Assembly (NCBI GenBank): GCA_963712745.1
Contig: CAVQJC010000017.1
Span: 288,001 to 352,000, forward strand
DNA: 64,000 nt
Direction of reading: 5' to 3'
Origin: an uncultured Chloroflexia bacterium
GTDB taxonomy: Bacteria > Chloroflexota > Limnocylindria > Limnocylindrales > CSP1-4
A program made the position numbers and the translations under genes. The notes under the pieces were generated by a model. It had not been told where the DNA came from. It did no database searches and was given only the letters and a program-made list of their open reading frames with translations. Position 1 is the first letter of the stretch. Every line of letters begins with the position of its first letter. Shown one piece after another: positions 51,040 to 59,872 of this stretch.

Positions 51040-51250
51040 ACCCGAAGGAACCTTCCACGCGACGTGGGCCGTGATGTCATCTTGGCCGTTAGTCGGTTCC
51101 TGGGCCCCTTCGGGTCGAGCCCGACGGTAGGCCTCGCCCGGCGCGGTGGTCAACGGTACCGATGGCATATGTGGTGTCGGGACGCACCGACCTGTCCACC
51201 ATTCGTCCACACCGCGCTCCCGGGTGCCAGTGTGGAAAGGACACGGGGTC
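51040..51250. ncRNA. Candidate multi-branched structured RNA (unit D; possible cis leader)
   Basis: GACCC/GGGTC and CCTTCCAC/GTGGAAAGG closing stems; internal GGCC/GGCC, GTCGG/CCGAC and CCCGG-CGCGGTG/CACCGCG-CCGGG arms. Confidence 0.4.
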
Positions 51251-51818
51251 ATCGAAGCGCGGCCCCCGTGGCCGGATCAAGCGCCGTGACCACTCCGCCG
51301 TAGCTGGTCAGGGTCAGCGTGCCGCCCATGAGCTCTGCCGCGGCGATGACGTCGCTCTGGGCCACGCGCCAGCGCACCGCCCCAGCGGGGTCGAGCGCGA
51401 CGGTCTCGACCTCGCTCTGGACGATGACGTGCTCGATGCGCGACGAACCCAGCACGGCCACGACGGGCGTACCCGAGAGGTGTGACCAGAGCAGTCCGCC
51501 GGTGCGGCTGGCCAGCCCGTAGACGCGGAACCCGTACTTGACCACGAGCTGGGCCTGGGTGTCCCAGAGCAGGCCGGTCGGCTCGTCGAACACGGGCGAG
51601 GCGAAGCGAGCGGTCCAGCTCCCGAGCGGGCCTTCGATGCGCAGCTCAGCCCGGCACATCCGGGTCGGGTCGCCGCCCGCGAGCGCGACGTGATCGGTGA
51701 CCGTCCCGCCCGCCTCCGAGAGGGCGAAGACGTCACCGGCCGCAGCGCTGCCGGCCCAGCGGTAGCGGGCCGCGAGACCGCCGGGGTAGCCGATGCTGGC
51801 GCGCCGGACGTCGCTCAC
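51249..51818 (-). CDS. Hypothetical protein with PQQ-like beta-propeller-type repeats
   Basis: 'VYGLASRTGGLLW', 'VALDPAGAVRW', 'TALDPATG'. Confidence 0.65.
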   Translation of the reverse strand: MSDVRRASIGYPGGLAARYRWAGSAAAGDVFALSEAGGTVTDHVALAGGDPTRMCRAELRIEGPLGSWTARFASPVFDEPTGLLWDTQAQLVVKYGFRVYGLASRTGGLLWSHLSGTPVVAVLGSSRIEHVIVQSEVETVALDPAGAVRWRVAQSDVIAAAELMGGTLTLTSYGGVVTALDPATGAALR

Positions 51819-52348
51819 CGATGGTCCGCGACCGGCTCCACGATCTCGGCACAGGGCGCGACCAACGCGTCGGCGAGCATCGCCAGCGTGGCCGGAGAGA
51901 TGGGAAACACCGCGGTCGGCGTTCCGGCTGCGGCCCAGATCTGCTCGTAGCCGTCGAGCGCCGGATCCATGACCACGCTGATGCGTTGCTGGTGGCCGAA
52001 GGGCGGCACGCCACCGATGACGTAGCCTGTGGCCGCCTTGGCCTCCTTGGCGCTGGCGCGGCGTATCCGTGGCCGGGCTGAGACGGTGGCCAGCTTGCCG
52101 ATGTCGACCCGGTCGGTGCCGCGCACCAGCGCGATGACCGGCTCGAGCACGCCGTCGTCGCGCGCCGGATCGGTCGGGGCCATGAAGACCAGGCTCTTGA
52201 CGATCTGGCCCAGCTCGACGCCGATGGCGTCGGCCGCTTCCTGGGCGGTGTGGGTCGACTCGTCGAAGGTCACGATCTCGATGGTGACGCCGCGCTTGGC
52301 AGCGGCCTCGCGGACACGTTGATGGGCAGGATGGGCGTCGATGAGCAT
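51815..52348 (-). CDS. YbaK/EbsC aminoacyl-tRNA deacylase
   Basis: 'THTAQEAA', 'QIVKSLVF', 'TGYVIGGVPPFGH', 'WAAAG'. Confidence 0.93.
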   Translation of the reverse strand: MLIDAHPAHQRVREAAAKRGVTIEIVTFDESTHTAQEAADAIGVELGQIVKSLVFMAPTDPARDDGVLEPVIALVRGTDRVDIGKLATVSARPRIRRASAKEAKAATGYVIGGVPPFGHQQRISVVMDPALDGYEQIWAAAGTPTAVFPISPATLAMLADALVAPCAEIVEPVADHR

Positions 52349-52415
52349 GGCCTCTCGAGTCTAGGACATCGGCCGCTGGCGGCCCGGGTGTACGATCGGG
52401 GGACAACCACACATG

Positions 52416-52505
52416 GGACAGGGGAGCGCCCTCGCGGCGCTGAGAGTGCGGCTCGGCCGCAGACCCTCGGAACCTGATCCGGTTCGTACCGGCGAAGGGA
52501 GTCGA
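52416..52505 (+). promoter_or_regulatory. TPP riboswitch
   Basis: GGGGAGC...GCUGAGA...ACCC...GAACCUGAUCCGGUUCGUACCGGCGAAGGGA consensus upstream of thiamine genes; TACGAT -10 at 52391. Confidence 0.96.
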
Positions 52506-52547
52506 TGACGCCACCTCCGTCCCGACCAGACGGAGGTCCTGATTCCC

Positions 52548-53249
52548 ATGGCCGCTCACGCACGTGCGCTCGTCGTCGCCGACGGCGACGTCGACCAGGC
52601 GCTGCTCGCCGAGCTGGCCGCAGCCGACCCGCTCCCGCTGCTCATCGCCGCCGACGGCGGGGCTGCCCGGGTCGCCGAAGCCGGTCTCAGACCCGACCTC
52701 GTGGTCGGCGACCTCGATTCAATCGCCGCCGACGAGCGAGCCGACCTCGAAGCGGCGGGAGTCGAGCTGAGCGTGGCCGATCCGGATAAGGACGAGAGCG
52801 ACATGGAGCTGTGCCTGCTGGCGGCCCTGGAGGCCGGCGCGACAGCGATCACGGTGCTCGGTGCGCTGGGCCTGGTCCGGCCCGAGCACTCGGTGGCGAA
52901 CCTGCTGCTGCTGGCAGACCCCCGCTTCGATGGCATCGACCTCGTCCTGGCCGGCCGGGGTTCGCGCATCACGCGCATGGGCACGCGCGCCGGCCCTGGA
53001 GCCATCGAGATCGAGGGCGACGCGGGTGACTTCCTCTCGCTCTTCCCGCTCGACGCGACCGCCGAGGGCGTCTCCACGGTCGGCCTGCGCTTCGCCCTCG
53101 CCGAAGAGACCCTGGCCCAGGGACCGTCACGAGGCCTGTCCAACGAACTGCTCGCGCGCCGTGCGCGGGTGACCTCGCGTCGTGGCTGCCTGCTCGTGAT
53201 CCACACCCGTCGGTCGATGGCCGACGCCCCACCCACAGGAGGAGCCTGA
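52548..53249 (+). CDS. thiN: Thiamine pyrophosphokinase
   Basis: 'IAADGGA', 'VGDLDS', 'DKDESD', 'GLSN'. Confidence 0.92.
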   Translation: MAAHARALVVADGDVDQALLAELAAADPLPLLIAADGGAARVAEAGLRPDLVVGDLDSIAADERADLEAAGVELSVADPDKDESDMELCLLAALEAGATAITVLGALGLVRPEHSVANLLLLADPRFDGIDLVLAGRGSRITRMGTRAGPGAIEIEGDAGDFLSLFPLDATAEGVSTVGLRFALAEETLAQGPSRGLSNELLARRARVTSRRGCLLVIHTRRSMADAPPTGGA

Positions 53250-54317
53250 ATGGACCGGACCATCATCCTGCCGTCCGTCCTCGCCGTGGCCCTGGCGGGG
53301 GCCGCTCTCATCGCGACCGCCGTGCCGGTGGCGGCAGAGGAACGGACGCTGACGCTGATGACCCACGACTCGTTCTTCCTGCCGGAGGAGGCGCTCGCCT
53401 CCTTCGAGGCCGAGCACGACGTCGAGCTCCAGCTCCTGCCGGCGGGGGACGCCGGTTCCATGGTCAACCAGGCCATCCTCACCGCCGACCGACCGCTGGC
53501 CGACGTCCTTTTCGGGGTCGACAACACGTTCCTTTCGCGCGCGCTCGAGGCCGATCTCTTCACGCCTTACACGTCCGCAGCTCTGGCCGCCGTGCCGTCC
53601 GAGCTCCGGCTCGATCCCGAGGGCCGGGTGACGCCCATCGACTACGCCGACGTCTGTCTTAACCTCGACCGGGCGGCCTTCGGCGAGGGCGGGCTGCCGG
53701 AGCCGACGACGCTCGAGGCCTTGGCCGAGCCGGCCCTGGCTGGGCAGCTGGTCGTCGAGAACCCGGCCACCTCGTCGCCCGGCCTGGCCTTCCTGCTCGC
53801 GACCGTGGCCTACTTCGGTGAGGACCCCGAGAGCGGCTGGCCGGCCTACTGGGCCGGCTTGCGTGCCAACGACGTGGTCGTGACCTCCGGCTGGGAGGAG
53901 GCCTACTACGGCCGCTTCTCCGGTGGCGCAGGCGAGGGCGACCGTGCCATCGTCGTGTCCTACGCCTCGAGCCCGGTGGCCGAGGTCATCTACGGTCCCG
54001 ACCCCGAGGCTGAGGTCTCTCCCACCCTGGCGGTCGAGGCCGGCTGCTTCCGCCAGATCGAGTTCGCCGGCATCCTGCGCGGGACCGACGAACCTGAGCT
54101 AGCCGGGGCCTTCCTCGACCATCTCCTGAGCCCCCAGGTGCAAGCCGAGCTGCCGCTGGCGATGCTGGTCTACCCGGCCCGGGCCGATGTGCCCCTGCCC
54201 GAGGCGTTCGAGCAGCACGCGCTGGTGCCGCTGGCACCGCTCAGCCTTGACCCCGCGGTCATCGATGCCGGCCGTGAGGCCTGGATCAACCAGTGGACCG
54301 ATATCGTCCTGCGCTGA
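53250..54317 (+). CDS. thiB: Thiamine ABC transporter substrate-binding protein
   Basis: 'THDSF', 'GVDN', 'NPATSSPG', 'VVSYASSP', 'FRQIE'. Confidence 0.93.
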   Translation: MDRTIILPSVLAVALAGAALIATAVPVAAEERTLTLMTHDSFFLPEEALASFEAEHDVELQLLPAGDAGSMVNQAILTADRPLADVLFGVDNTFLSRALEADLFTPYTSAALAAVPSELRLDPEGRVTPIDYADVCLNLDRAAFGEGGLPEPTTLEALAEPALAGQLVVENPATSSPGLAFLLATVAYFGEDPESGWPAYWAGLRANDVVVTSGWEEAYYGRFSGGAGEGDRAIVVSYASSPVAEVIYGPDPEAEVSPTLAVEAGCFRQIEFAGILRGTDEPELAGAFLDHLLSPQVQAELPLAMLVYPARADVPLPEAFEQHALVPLAPLSLDPAVIDAGREAWINQWTDIVLR

Positions 54318-55978
54318 CGCGCCGCCGGGCCCTGTTGCTGGCGGCTGGGCCGCTGGCCTTCCTGGGCCTGTTCTTCCTGTGGCCGGTGGCCAACATCCTG
54401 GCCCTGGGACTGGCCCCTGCCGGGCAGCTGGCGCTGGGCCACGTGCTCGAGACCTGGGCGCGGCCCTTCGTCTTCGAGGTCGTGCTCTTCACGCTGGCGC
54501 TGGCCGGGGCGTCGACGCTGCTGACGCTGGTGCTGGGGATGCCCGCCGCCTGGGTCTTCGCCCGCTTCACCTTCCCTGGCAAACGGGTCGCACGGGCGCT
54601 GACGGTAGTGCCCTTCGTGCTCCCCACCGTGGTGGTCGGATCGGCTTTCCTGGCTCTCCTCGGTCCGCGCAGTCCGCTCAATGCGCTAGCCACCGTGCTC
54701 TTCGGCGCTGACGTGCCACAGGTGCGCCTGGACGGCTCGGTCGGCGCCATCCTCATCGCCCACGTCTTCTACAACGTGGCCGTGGTCATCCGCCTGGTCG
54801 GAGGCATGTGGGCGCACATCGATCCGCGTACCGAGGAGGCCGCGCGCATGCTGGGCGCCACGCCGTGGCGGGCCTTCCGCGAGATCACCTGGCCCCTGCT
54901 GCGCCCGGCCGCCATCTCGGCCGCCTCGATCGTCTTCCTCTTCACCGTCACCTCGTTCGGTGTGGTGCTGCTCCTGGGCGGGCCGCGCGACACCACGCTG
55001 GAGGTCGAGATCTACCGCCAGACGGCCATCCTGCTGGACCTGCCCACGGCCGCAGCACTGACCATCCTCCAGATGAGCGGCGTCTTCGTGTTGCTGCTGG
55101 TGAGCGCCCGGGCGCAGGAAGGGCTGGCCGTGCGGCAGCGGCTGCGGGCCGCGGCGGAGACCGTACGCCGGCCTCGACCCGGACGTGAACGCGTGGTGGT
55201 GACCGCTATCCTGGTGGCCACGGTGGTGTTCATGTTCGCGCCGCTGGCGGTGCTGGTGGAGCGCTCGCTGGCGGGAGCCGACGGCTATGGCCTGGCCGCC
55301 TACGGCTCGCTGCTCGAAACCGATCCGCGCATGCGCCTGACCTCCGCCCCCTGGCAGTCGGTGCTCCACTCGCTGGCCTTCGCCGCGGCCACCACGCTCA
55401 TCGCCGGCACGCTCGGGCTGCTGGCCGCGACGGTGGTGGGCTACCGGCGCGGCTGGCTCGTGCGCGGGCTCGACGCGCTGGTGATGCTGCCGCTGGGCAC
55501 CTCGGCGGTCATCGTCGGTTTCGGCTTCCTGGTCTCGCTGGACACGCCCCCGCTGGATCTGCGTACCTCCATCCTGCTCATCCCCATCGCCCATGCCCTC
55601 ATCGCCCTGCCCTTCGTCATGCGCGCGGTCGTGCCCCTCATCCGTTCCATCGATGACCGTCTGCGCGAGGCGGCGGCGGTGCTGGGTGCCTCGCCGCGCC
55701 GCGCCTGGCTGGAGGTGGACGGGCCGATCCTGGCGCGCGGCGCCCTGGTCGGCGCGGGCTTCGCCTTCGCGGTATCGCTGGGCGAGTTCGGGGCCACACT
55801 GTTCATCGCTCGTCCCGACAGCGTCACCATCCCCGTGGCCATCTACCGGCTGCTGGGCCAGCCGGGTGCGGCCAACTTCGCCACGGCCATGGCCCTGGCG
55901 GTCGTGCTCATGGTGGTCACGGCGGCCGCAGTCCTGCTCATCGAGCGGCTCCGCGGTAGCGGTCCACAACCGTTCTAG
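54293..55978 (+). CDS. thiP: Thiamine ABC transporter permease
   Basis: Duplicated BPD_transp_1 halves with EAA motifs; start uncertain. Confidence 0.9.
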   Translation: MDRYRPALTRRRALLLAAGPLAFLGLFFLWPVANILALGLAPAGQLALGHVLETWARPFVFEVVLFTLALAGASTLLTLVLGMPAAWVFARFTFPGKRVARALTVVPFVLPTVVVGSAFLALLGPRSPLNALATVLFGADVPQVRLDGSVGAILIAHVFYNVAVVIRLVGGMWAHIDPRTEEAARMLGATPWRAFREITWPLLRPAAISAASIVFLFTVTSFGVVLLLGGPRDTTLEVEIYRQTAILLDLPTAAALTILQMSGVFVLLLVSARAQEGLAVRQRLRAAAETVRRPRPGRERVVVTAILVATVVFMFAPLAVLVERSLAGADGYGLAAYGSLLETDPRMRLTSAPWQSVLHSLAFAAATTLIAGTLGLLAATVVGYRRGWLVRGLDALVMLPLGTSAVIVGFGFLVSLDTPPLDLRTSILLIPIAHALIALPFVMRAVVPLIRSIDDRLREAAAVLGASPRRAWLEVDGPILARGALVGAGFAFAVSLGEFGATLFIARPDSVTIPVAIYRLLGQPGAANFATAMALAVVLMVVTAAAVLLIERLRGSGPQPF

Positions 55979-55988
55979 ACGAGATCGC

Positions 55989-57089
55989 ATGCTCCACATC
56001 GAAGCTCTGGAGGCCGCCTACGAGGACGATCCGGTGCTGCGCGGCGTCGACCTCGACGTGGCCACCGGGGAGCTGCTCTGCGTGCTCGGGCCCAGCGGCG
56101 GCGGCAAGTCCACGTTGCTGCGCGTCATCTCCGGCCTGGAGGAGCCGACTCGGGGCCGTCTCACTCTAGACGGGCGTGACCTCGCCGGCGTGCCGGCCCA
56201 CCAGCGCGGCGTCGGGCTGATGTTCCAGGACTATGCCCTCTTCCCGCATCGCAACGTAGCCGAGAACGTGGCGTTCGGCCTGCGCATGGCAGGCCAGGCC
56301 GATGCCGAGGCGCGAGCACGGGTGCGTGACCTGCTGGAACTGGTGGGCTTGCCCGGAGCGGGCGAGCGCCCCGTGGCGCAGCTGTCGGGCGGTGAGCAGC
56401 AGCGGGTCGCTCTGGCCCGGGCCCTGGCTCCCCGTCCACGCCTGCTCATGCTCGACGAGCCCATGGGCTCGCTCGACCGCTCGCTGCGCGAGCGGCTGCC
56501 CGAGGAACTGCGTGACATCTTCGGCGAACTGGGCCTGACCGTCATCTATGTCACCCACGACCAGGACGAGGCTCTCTCGGTCGCCGACCGGGTTGTCCTG
56601 CTGCGTGACGGGCAGGTCGTGGCCGACGACACGCCCGAGACCCTCTGGACGCACCCCCCAAGCGCCTGGGCCGCGCACTTCCTGGGCTTCCGCAATCTCG
56701 CTCCTGGCCGCCTCATCGGCGAAGCCATCGAGACGCCCTGGGGCCGCCTTCCGGCCGCGGCCGCCGGGCCGGGAGCTTCCGGCCCGACATCCCTGGGCGG
56801 GGACGCGCAGCCGACGCCGGTCACGGTCGTGCTGCGGCCGGCGGCGCTCGTGGCCGAGCCGACGGGGCCCATCAGCGGGGTGGTCGTGGCCCGTCGCTTC
56901 CGCGGCGACCACGTCCTGCTGGTGGTCGAGGTCGGGGAGGCGCCTCCGTTGCAGGTGGAGGCGCGGGAGGCGGAGCTGCCCACGGTCGGCGACGCCATCA
57001 CGCTGTCCGTGCTGCCCGGTGGCGCGCATCTCATCGCGGCCGCTCCCGGCACCACGGACGCGACGTCGGCGCTACCCTCTGGCCCATGA
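55989..57089 (+). CDS. thiQ: Thiamine ABC transporter ATP-binding protein
   Basis: GPSGGGKS, LSGGEQQR, LDEP. Confidence 0.9.
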   Translation: MLHIEALEAAYEDDPVLRGVDLDVATGELLCVLGPSGGGKSTLLRVISGLEEPTRGRLTLDGRDLAGVPAHQRGVGLMFQDYALFPHRNVAENVAFGLRMAGQADAEARARVRDLLELVGLPGAGERPVAQLSGGEQQRVALARALAPRPRLLMLDEPMGSLDRSLRERLPEELRDIFGELGLTVIYVTHDQDEALSVADRVVLLRDGQVVADDTPETLWTHPPSAWAAHFLGFRNLAPGRLIGEAIETPWGRLPAAAAGPGASGPTSLGGDAQPTPVTVVLRPAALVAEPTGPISGVVVARRFRGDHVLLVVEVGEAPPLQVEAREAELPTVGDAITLSVLPGGAHLIAAAPGTTDATSALPSGP

Positions 57090-57568
57090 ACAACGTGACG
57101 ATGCCTGCGGTCGGCGAAGCCGCCCCTGGGCTGACCCTGCCCGACGACTCCGGCACCATCCAGGACCTGGCGGCCCAGCGCGGCCGCTGGGTGGTGCTCT
57201 TCTTTTACCCCAAGGACTTCACCTCCGGCTGCACCACCGAGGTCTGCGAGTTCCGTGACCTGACCGCCGAATTCGCGGCCGCCGGTGCGACCGTCTGGTC
57301 GGTCAGCGTCCTGGACATCGAGTCGAAGGCAAGGTTCAAGGCGGAGCACAGGCTCACCTTCCCGTTGCTGGCCGATCCTGACCACGAGGTCGCCGAGCGG
57401 TACGGTGTGTGGGTCGAGAAGAAGAACTACGGCAAGGCCTACTGGGGCATCGGGCGAGCCACGTTCCTGATCGATCCCGAGGGCCGCGTCGCTCATGTCT
57501 GGCCCAAGGTCAAGGTCGATGGCCACGCGGCGGAGGTGCTCGAGACGTTGCGCACAGCCACGGCATGA
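57086..57568 (+). CDS. bcp: Peroxiredoxin Q / BCP
   Basis: 'FYPKDFTSGCTTEVCEFRD'. Confidence 0.95.
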   Translation: MNNVTMPAVGEAAPGLTLPDDSGTIQDLAAQRGRWVVLFFYPKDFTSGCTTEVCEFRDLTAEFAAAGATVWSVSVLDIESKARFKAEHRLTFPLLADPDHEVAERYGVWVEKKNYGKAYWGIGRATFLIDPEGRVAHVWPKVKVDGHAAEVLETLRTATA

Positions 57569-57613
57569 GTGGCTCGCCGGGGAGTCAGGGGAGGGCCCGC
57601 GTGGGTCCGCGGA

Positions 57614-57656
57614 CAGAAGAAGACGTCGCTCGTGGGGGGAGACGAGCGACGTCGCT
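57614..57656 (-). ncRNA. Candidate tiny hairpin sRNA with a C-rich (anti-Shine-Dalgarno) loop
   Basis: Perfect 12-bp stem 57622-57633/57642-57653, loop CUCCCCCC, U-rich tail; TTGATT-N16-TATCCT immediately upstream on the minus strand. Confidence 0.5.
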
Positions 57657-57734
57657 TAAGAAGGATAGCGGGTCCGCTGGAAGAATCAAGTACCTCGTGG
57701 GTGTTTTTTTGGCGGGTGCTGATGGGGGCCCTGG

Positions 57735-58487
57735 GTGAGCTCCACGGCGGGGGTCGGCGAAGGCCCGCGGATCCGGCTGAGCGGCGACCGCCCGACGCGC
57801 CTGCTGGTCGTCACTGCTCATCCCCAGGATGCCGAGATGACGCTCGCGGGAAGCGTCGCACGCTGGGTCTCCGAGGGCACCGCGGCCCAGCTCGTTTGCT
57901 GTACCAGCGGTGACACCGGCGCCGATGAGGCCACGACCGACCCGCTGGAGCTGGCGGCCCTGCGCGAGGCTGAACAGCGCTCCGCGGCGGCTATCGTGGG
58001 TTACGAGGACGTGACCTTCCTGCACCGGCCGGACGGCGCGCTCGCCAATGACCTGGCCCTGCGTGAGCAGCTCGTGCGCATCATCCGGTCCTTCCGCCCC
58101 GATGCGGTGGCCGGGTTCGACCCGCGCGTCGTCATCCATCCACGGGGCTTCGTCAACCATGTCGACCACCGCGCTGCCGGCGCAGCCGCCATCGACGCGG
58201 TCTACCCCGCTGCCGGGGCGGCCATGGCCTTCCCGCACCTGCTACGTGCTGAAGGGCTGAAGCCCCATCACGTCGATCGGCTCTACCTCTTCTGGGCCGA
58301 GCGGCCGGACACGGCCGTCGACATCAGCGCCACCCTCGAGGTCAAGCTACAGGCATTGGGGAGTCACGCCAGCCAGCGCGGGCGCTCCGGCCGACCCACC
58401 GAGGGCATCCGTGACTGGGCCCGAAGCGAGGGCGGGGCTGCCGGGGTCGAAGCTGCCGAGACCTTCGCCGTCATCGACCTGCGCTGA
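57735..58487 (+). CDS. PIG-L/LmbE family deacetylase
   Basis: 'TAHPQDAE', 'TSGD', 'REAEQRSAA', 'NHVDH', 'HASQ'. Confidence 0.9.
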   Translation: MSSTAGVGEGPRIRLSGDRPTRLLVVTAHPQDAEMTLAGSVARWVSEGTAAQLVCCTSGDTGADEATTDPLELAALREAEQRSAAAIVGYEDVTFLHRPDGALANDLALREQLVRIIRSFRPDAVAGFDPRVVIHPRGFVNHVDHRAAGAAAIDAVYPAAGAAMAFPHLLRAEGLKPHHVDRLYLFWAERPDTAVDISATLEVKLQALGSHASQRGRSGRPTEGIRDWARSEGGAAGVEAAETFAVIDLR

Positions 58488-58499
58488 CGGCGGCGCCTC

Positions 58500-59669
58500 C
58501 TATCCGGGCAGACTGCCCAGGGAGTGACGGTCGCTGAGCAGGATCGGGCGCACCTGGCCCCACTCGTCCCACAGCGGCTCGAGCTGGTCGGATCGTCGGT
58601 CCAGGATGCGTGCCAGATGGTCGACGGTGAGATCGGGTGCACGCGCGGCCAGGAAGGCTCGAGCGTCGACACCGATGGAGCGTGGCAGCTGGGCCAAGTC
58701 CTCGGTACTCGGAAGGTCGCGCATGTTGCGCGGGTCGAGCCCGGCGTAGGCCAGCGCCATCGACAGGTCCGAGGGGGCGGGGGCACGTCCGGCGTGCCAG
58801 CCCTCGGACGGCTCGAAGATGAAGCCGAGGCGGGCCAGCGCTGCCACCACGTCGCGCGCCTCCTCGAAGGACAGGCCCGACCAGAACCGGTGGCTGGTGT
58901 CGAAGATGAGGTAGCCGTCCGCGGCCGCGGAGGTGACGATGGCGTCCACCAGTTCCTGCAGCTGCAACTGTGCCTCGGCCGGACTGAGGCCGGTGTGCTC
59001 GGAGATGCGCCTGGCGGCCAGCTCAAGGGCGACCCGGTCGCCGCTGACCATGGCCTCGATGACCAGCGGTGCTCCGGCGCTGGTCTGGCTGATGGCTACG
59101 GCGTGTCCCCCGGTGCCTGCGTGGGGCTCGAAGACCGTGGCCGGTCCGGCCTCTTCCGCTGCCTGCGCGCCTTCCTCGCACGAGGCCAGACGGACCCGGG
59201 CATCCATGCAGGCCGCCTCTGCCTGGTCGGCCCGCAGGCGCAGGGCTCCTTCGTCGCGCTGCACCTTGTGCAGGGCTTCCTCGATGGTCGAGACCGCGGC
59301 CTTGGCCTTGGAGACCTCGCGCTGCGCCAGTCGTCCAGCGCGATTGATGTCGTCGAGGGCACGAGCCCAGGCGGCCATGGCCGCTCGTTCCTCGTCTTCC
59401 GCGTGCGCAGCCAGACGCGCCAACTGATAGGCGTCACGGGCGGCGGCCTTCTCTGCGGCCCGCAGCGCTGGATCGGCGGCCGCATGGGCGTCGTCCAGTC
59501 GATGTTGCGCGGCCACCTGGTCGCGCTTGAGCTCGCGCATCCGCTCGACCGCTGCCTCGTGCGTCGTCCTGGCCGCATGCGCTTCTCCGCAGCGAGCCTC
59601 GACCTCGGCCCGCTGCCCGGCGCAGCCGTCGGCAGGCGGACCGCCCGAGGCCGGTCCTTCGGTGGTCAT
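58500..59669 (-). CDS. Hypothetical coiled-coil protein
   Basis: Long Ala/Glu/Arg helical N-half followed by a globular C-domain; GC3 bias. Confidence 0.7.
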   Translation of the reverse strand: MTTEGPASGGPPADGCAGQRAEVEARCGEAHAARTTHEAAVERMRELKRDQVAAQHRLDDAHAAADPALRAAEKAAARDAYQLARLAAHAEDEERAAMAAWARALDDINRAGRLAQREVSKAKAAVSTIEEALHKVQRDEGALRLRADQAEAACMDARVRLASCEEGAQAAEEAGPATVFEPHAGTGGHAVAISQTSAGAPLVIEAMVSGDRVALELAARRISEHTGLSPAEAQLQLQELVDAIVTSAAADGYLIFDTSHRFWSGLSFEEARDVVAALARLGFIFEPSEGWHAGRAPAPSDLSMALAYAGLDPRNMRDLPSTEDLAQLPRSIGVDARAFLAARAPDLTVDHLARILDRRSDQLEPLWDEWGQVRPILLSDRHSLGSLPG

Positions 59670-59872
59670 GGACGCAACATAGGAGCCACGGCAGCTGAGG
59701 TCAACGCCCAGATGGTCACGGGCGCGTCGTGGGAGCGCCAGTGTGGCCGAAACGGTCACTCGCTCGCTAATCGATCCGGCAAGGTCACCGCGTCCGATGG
59801 TAGATTCCAGCCCACTCGTGCCAGCAGGCAAACCAACCAAGTTCGACGCGCGTTGAGGGGAGTCGATCCAGC

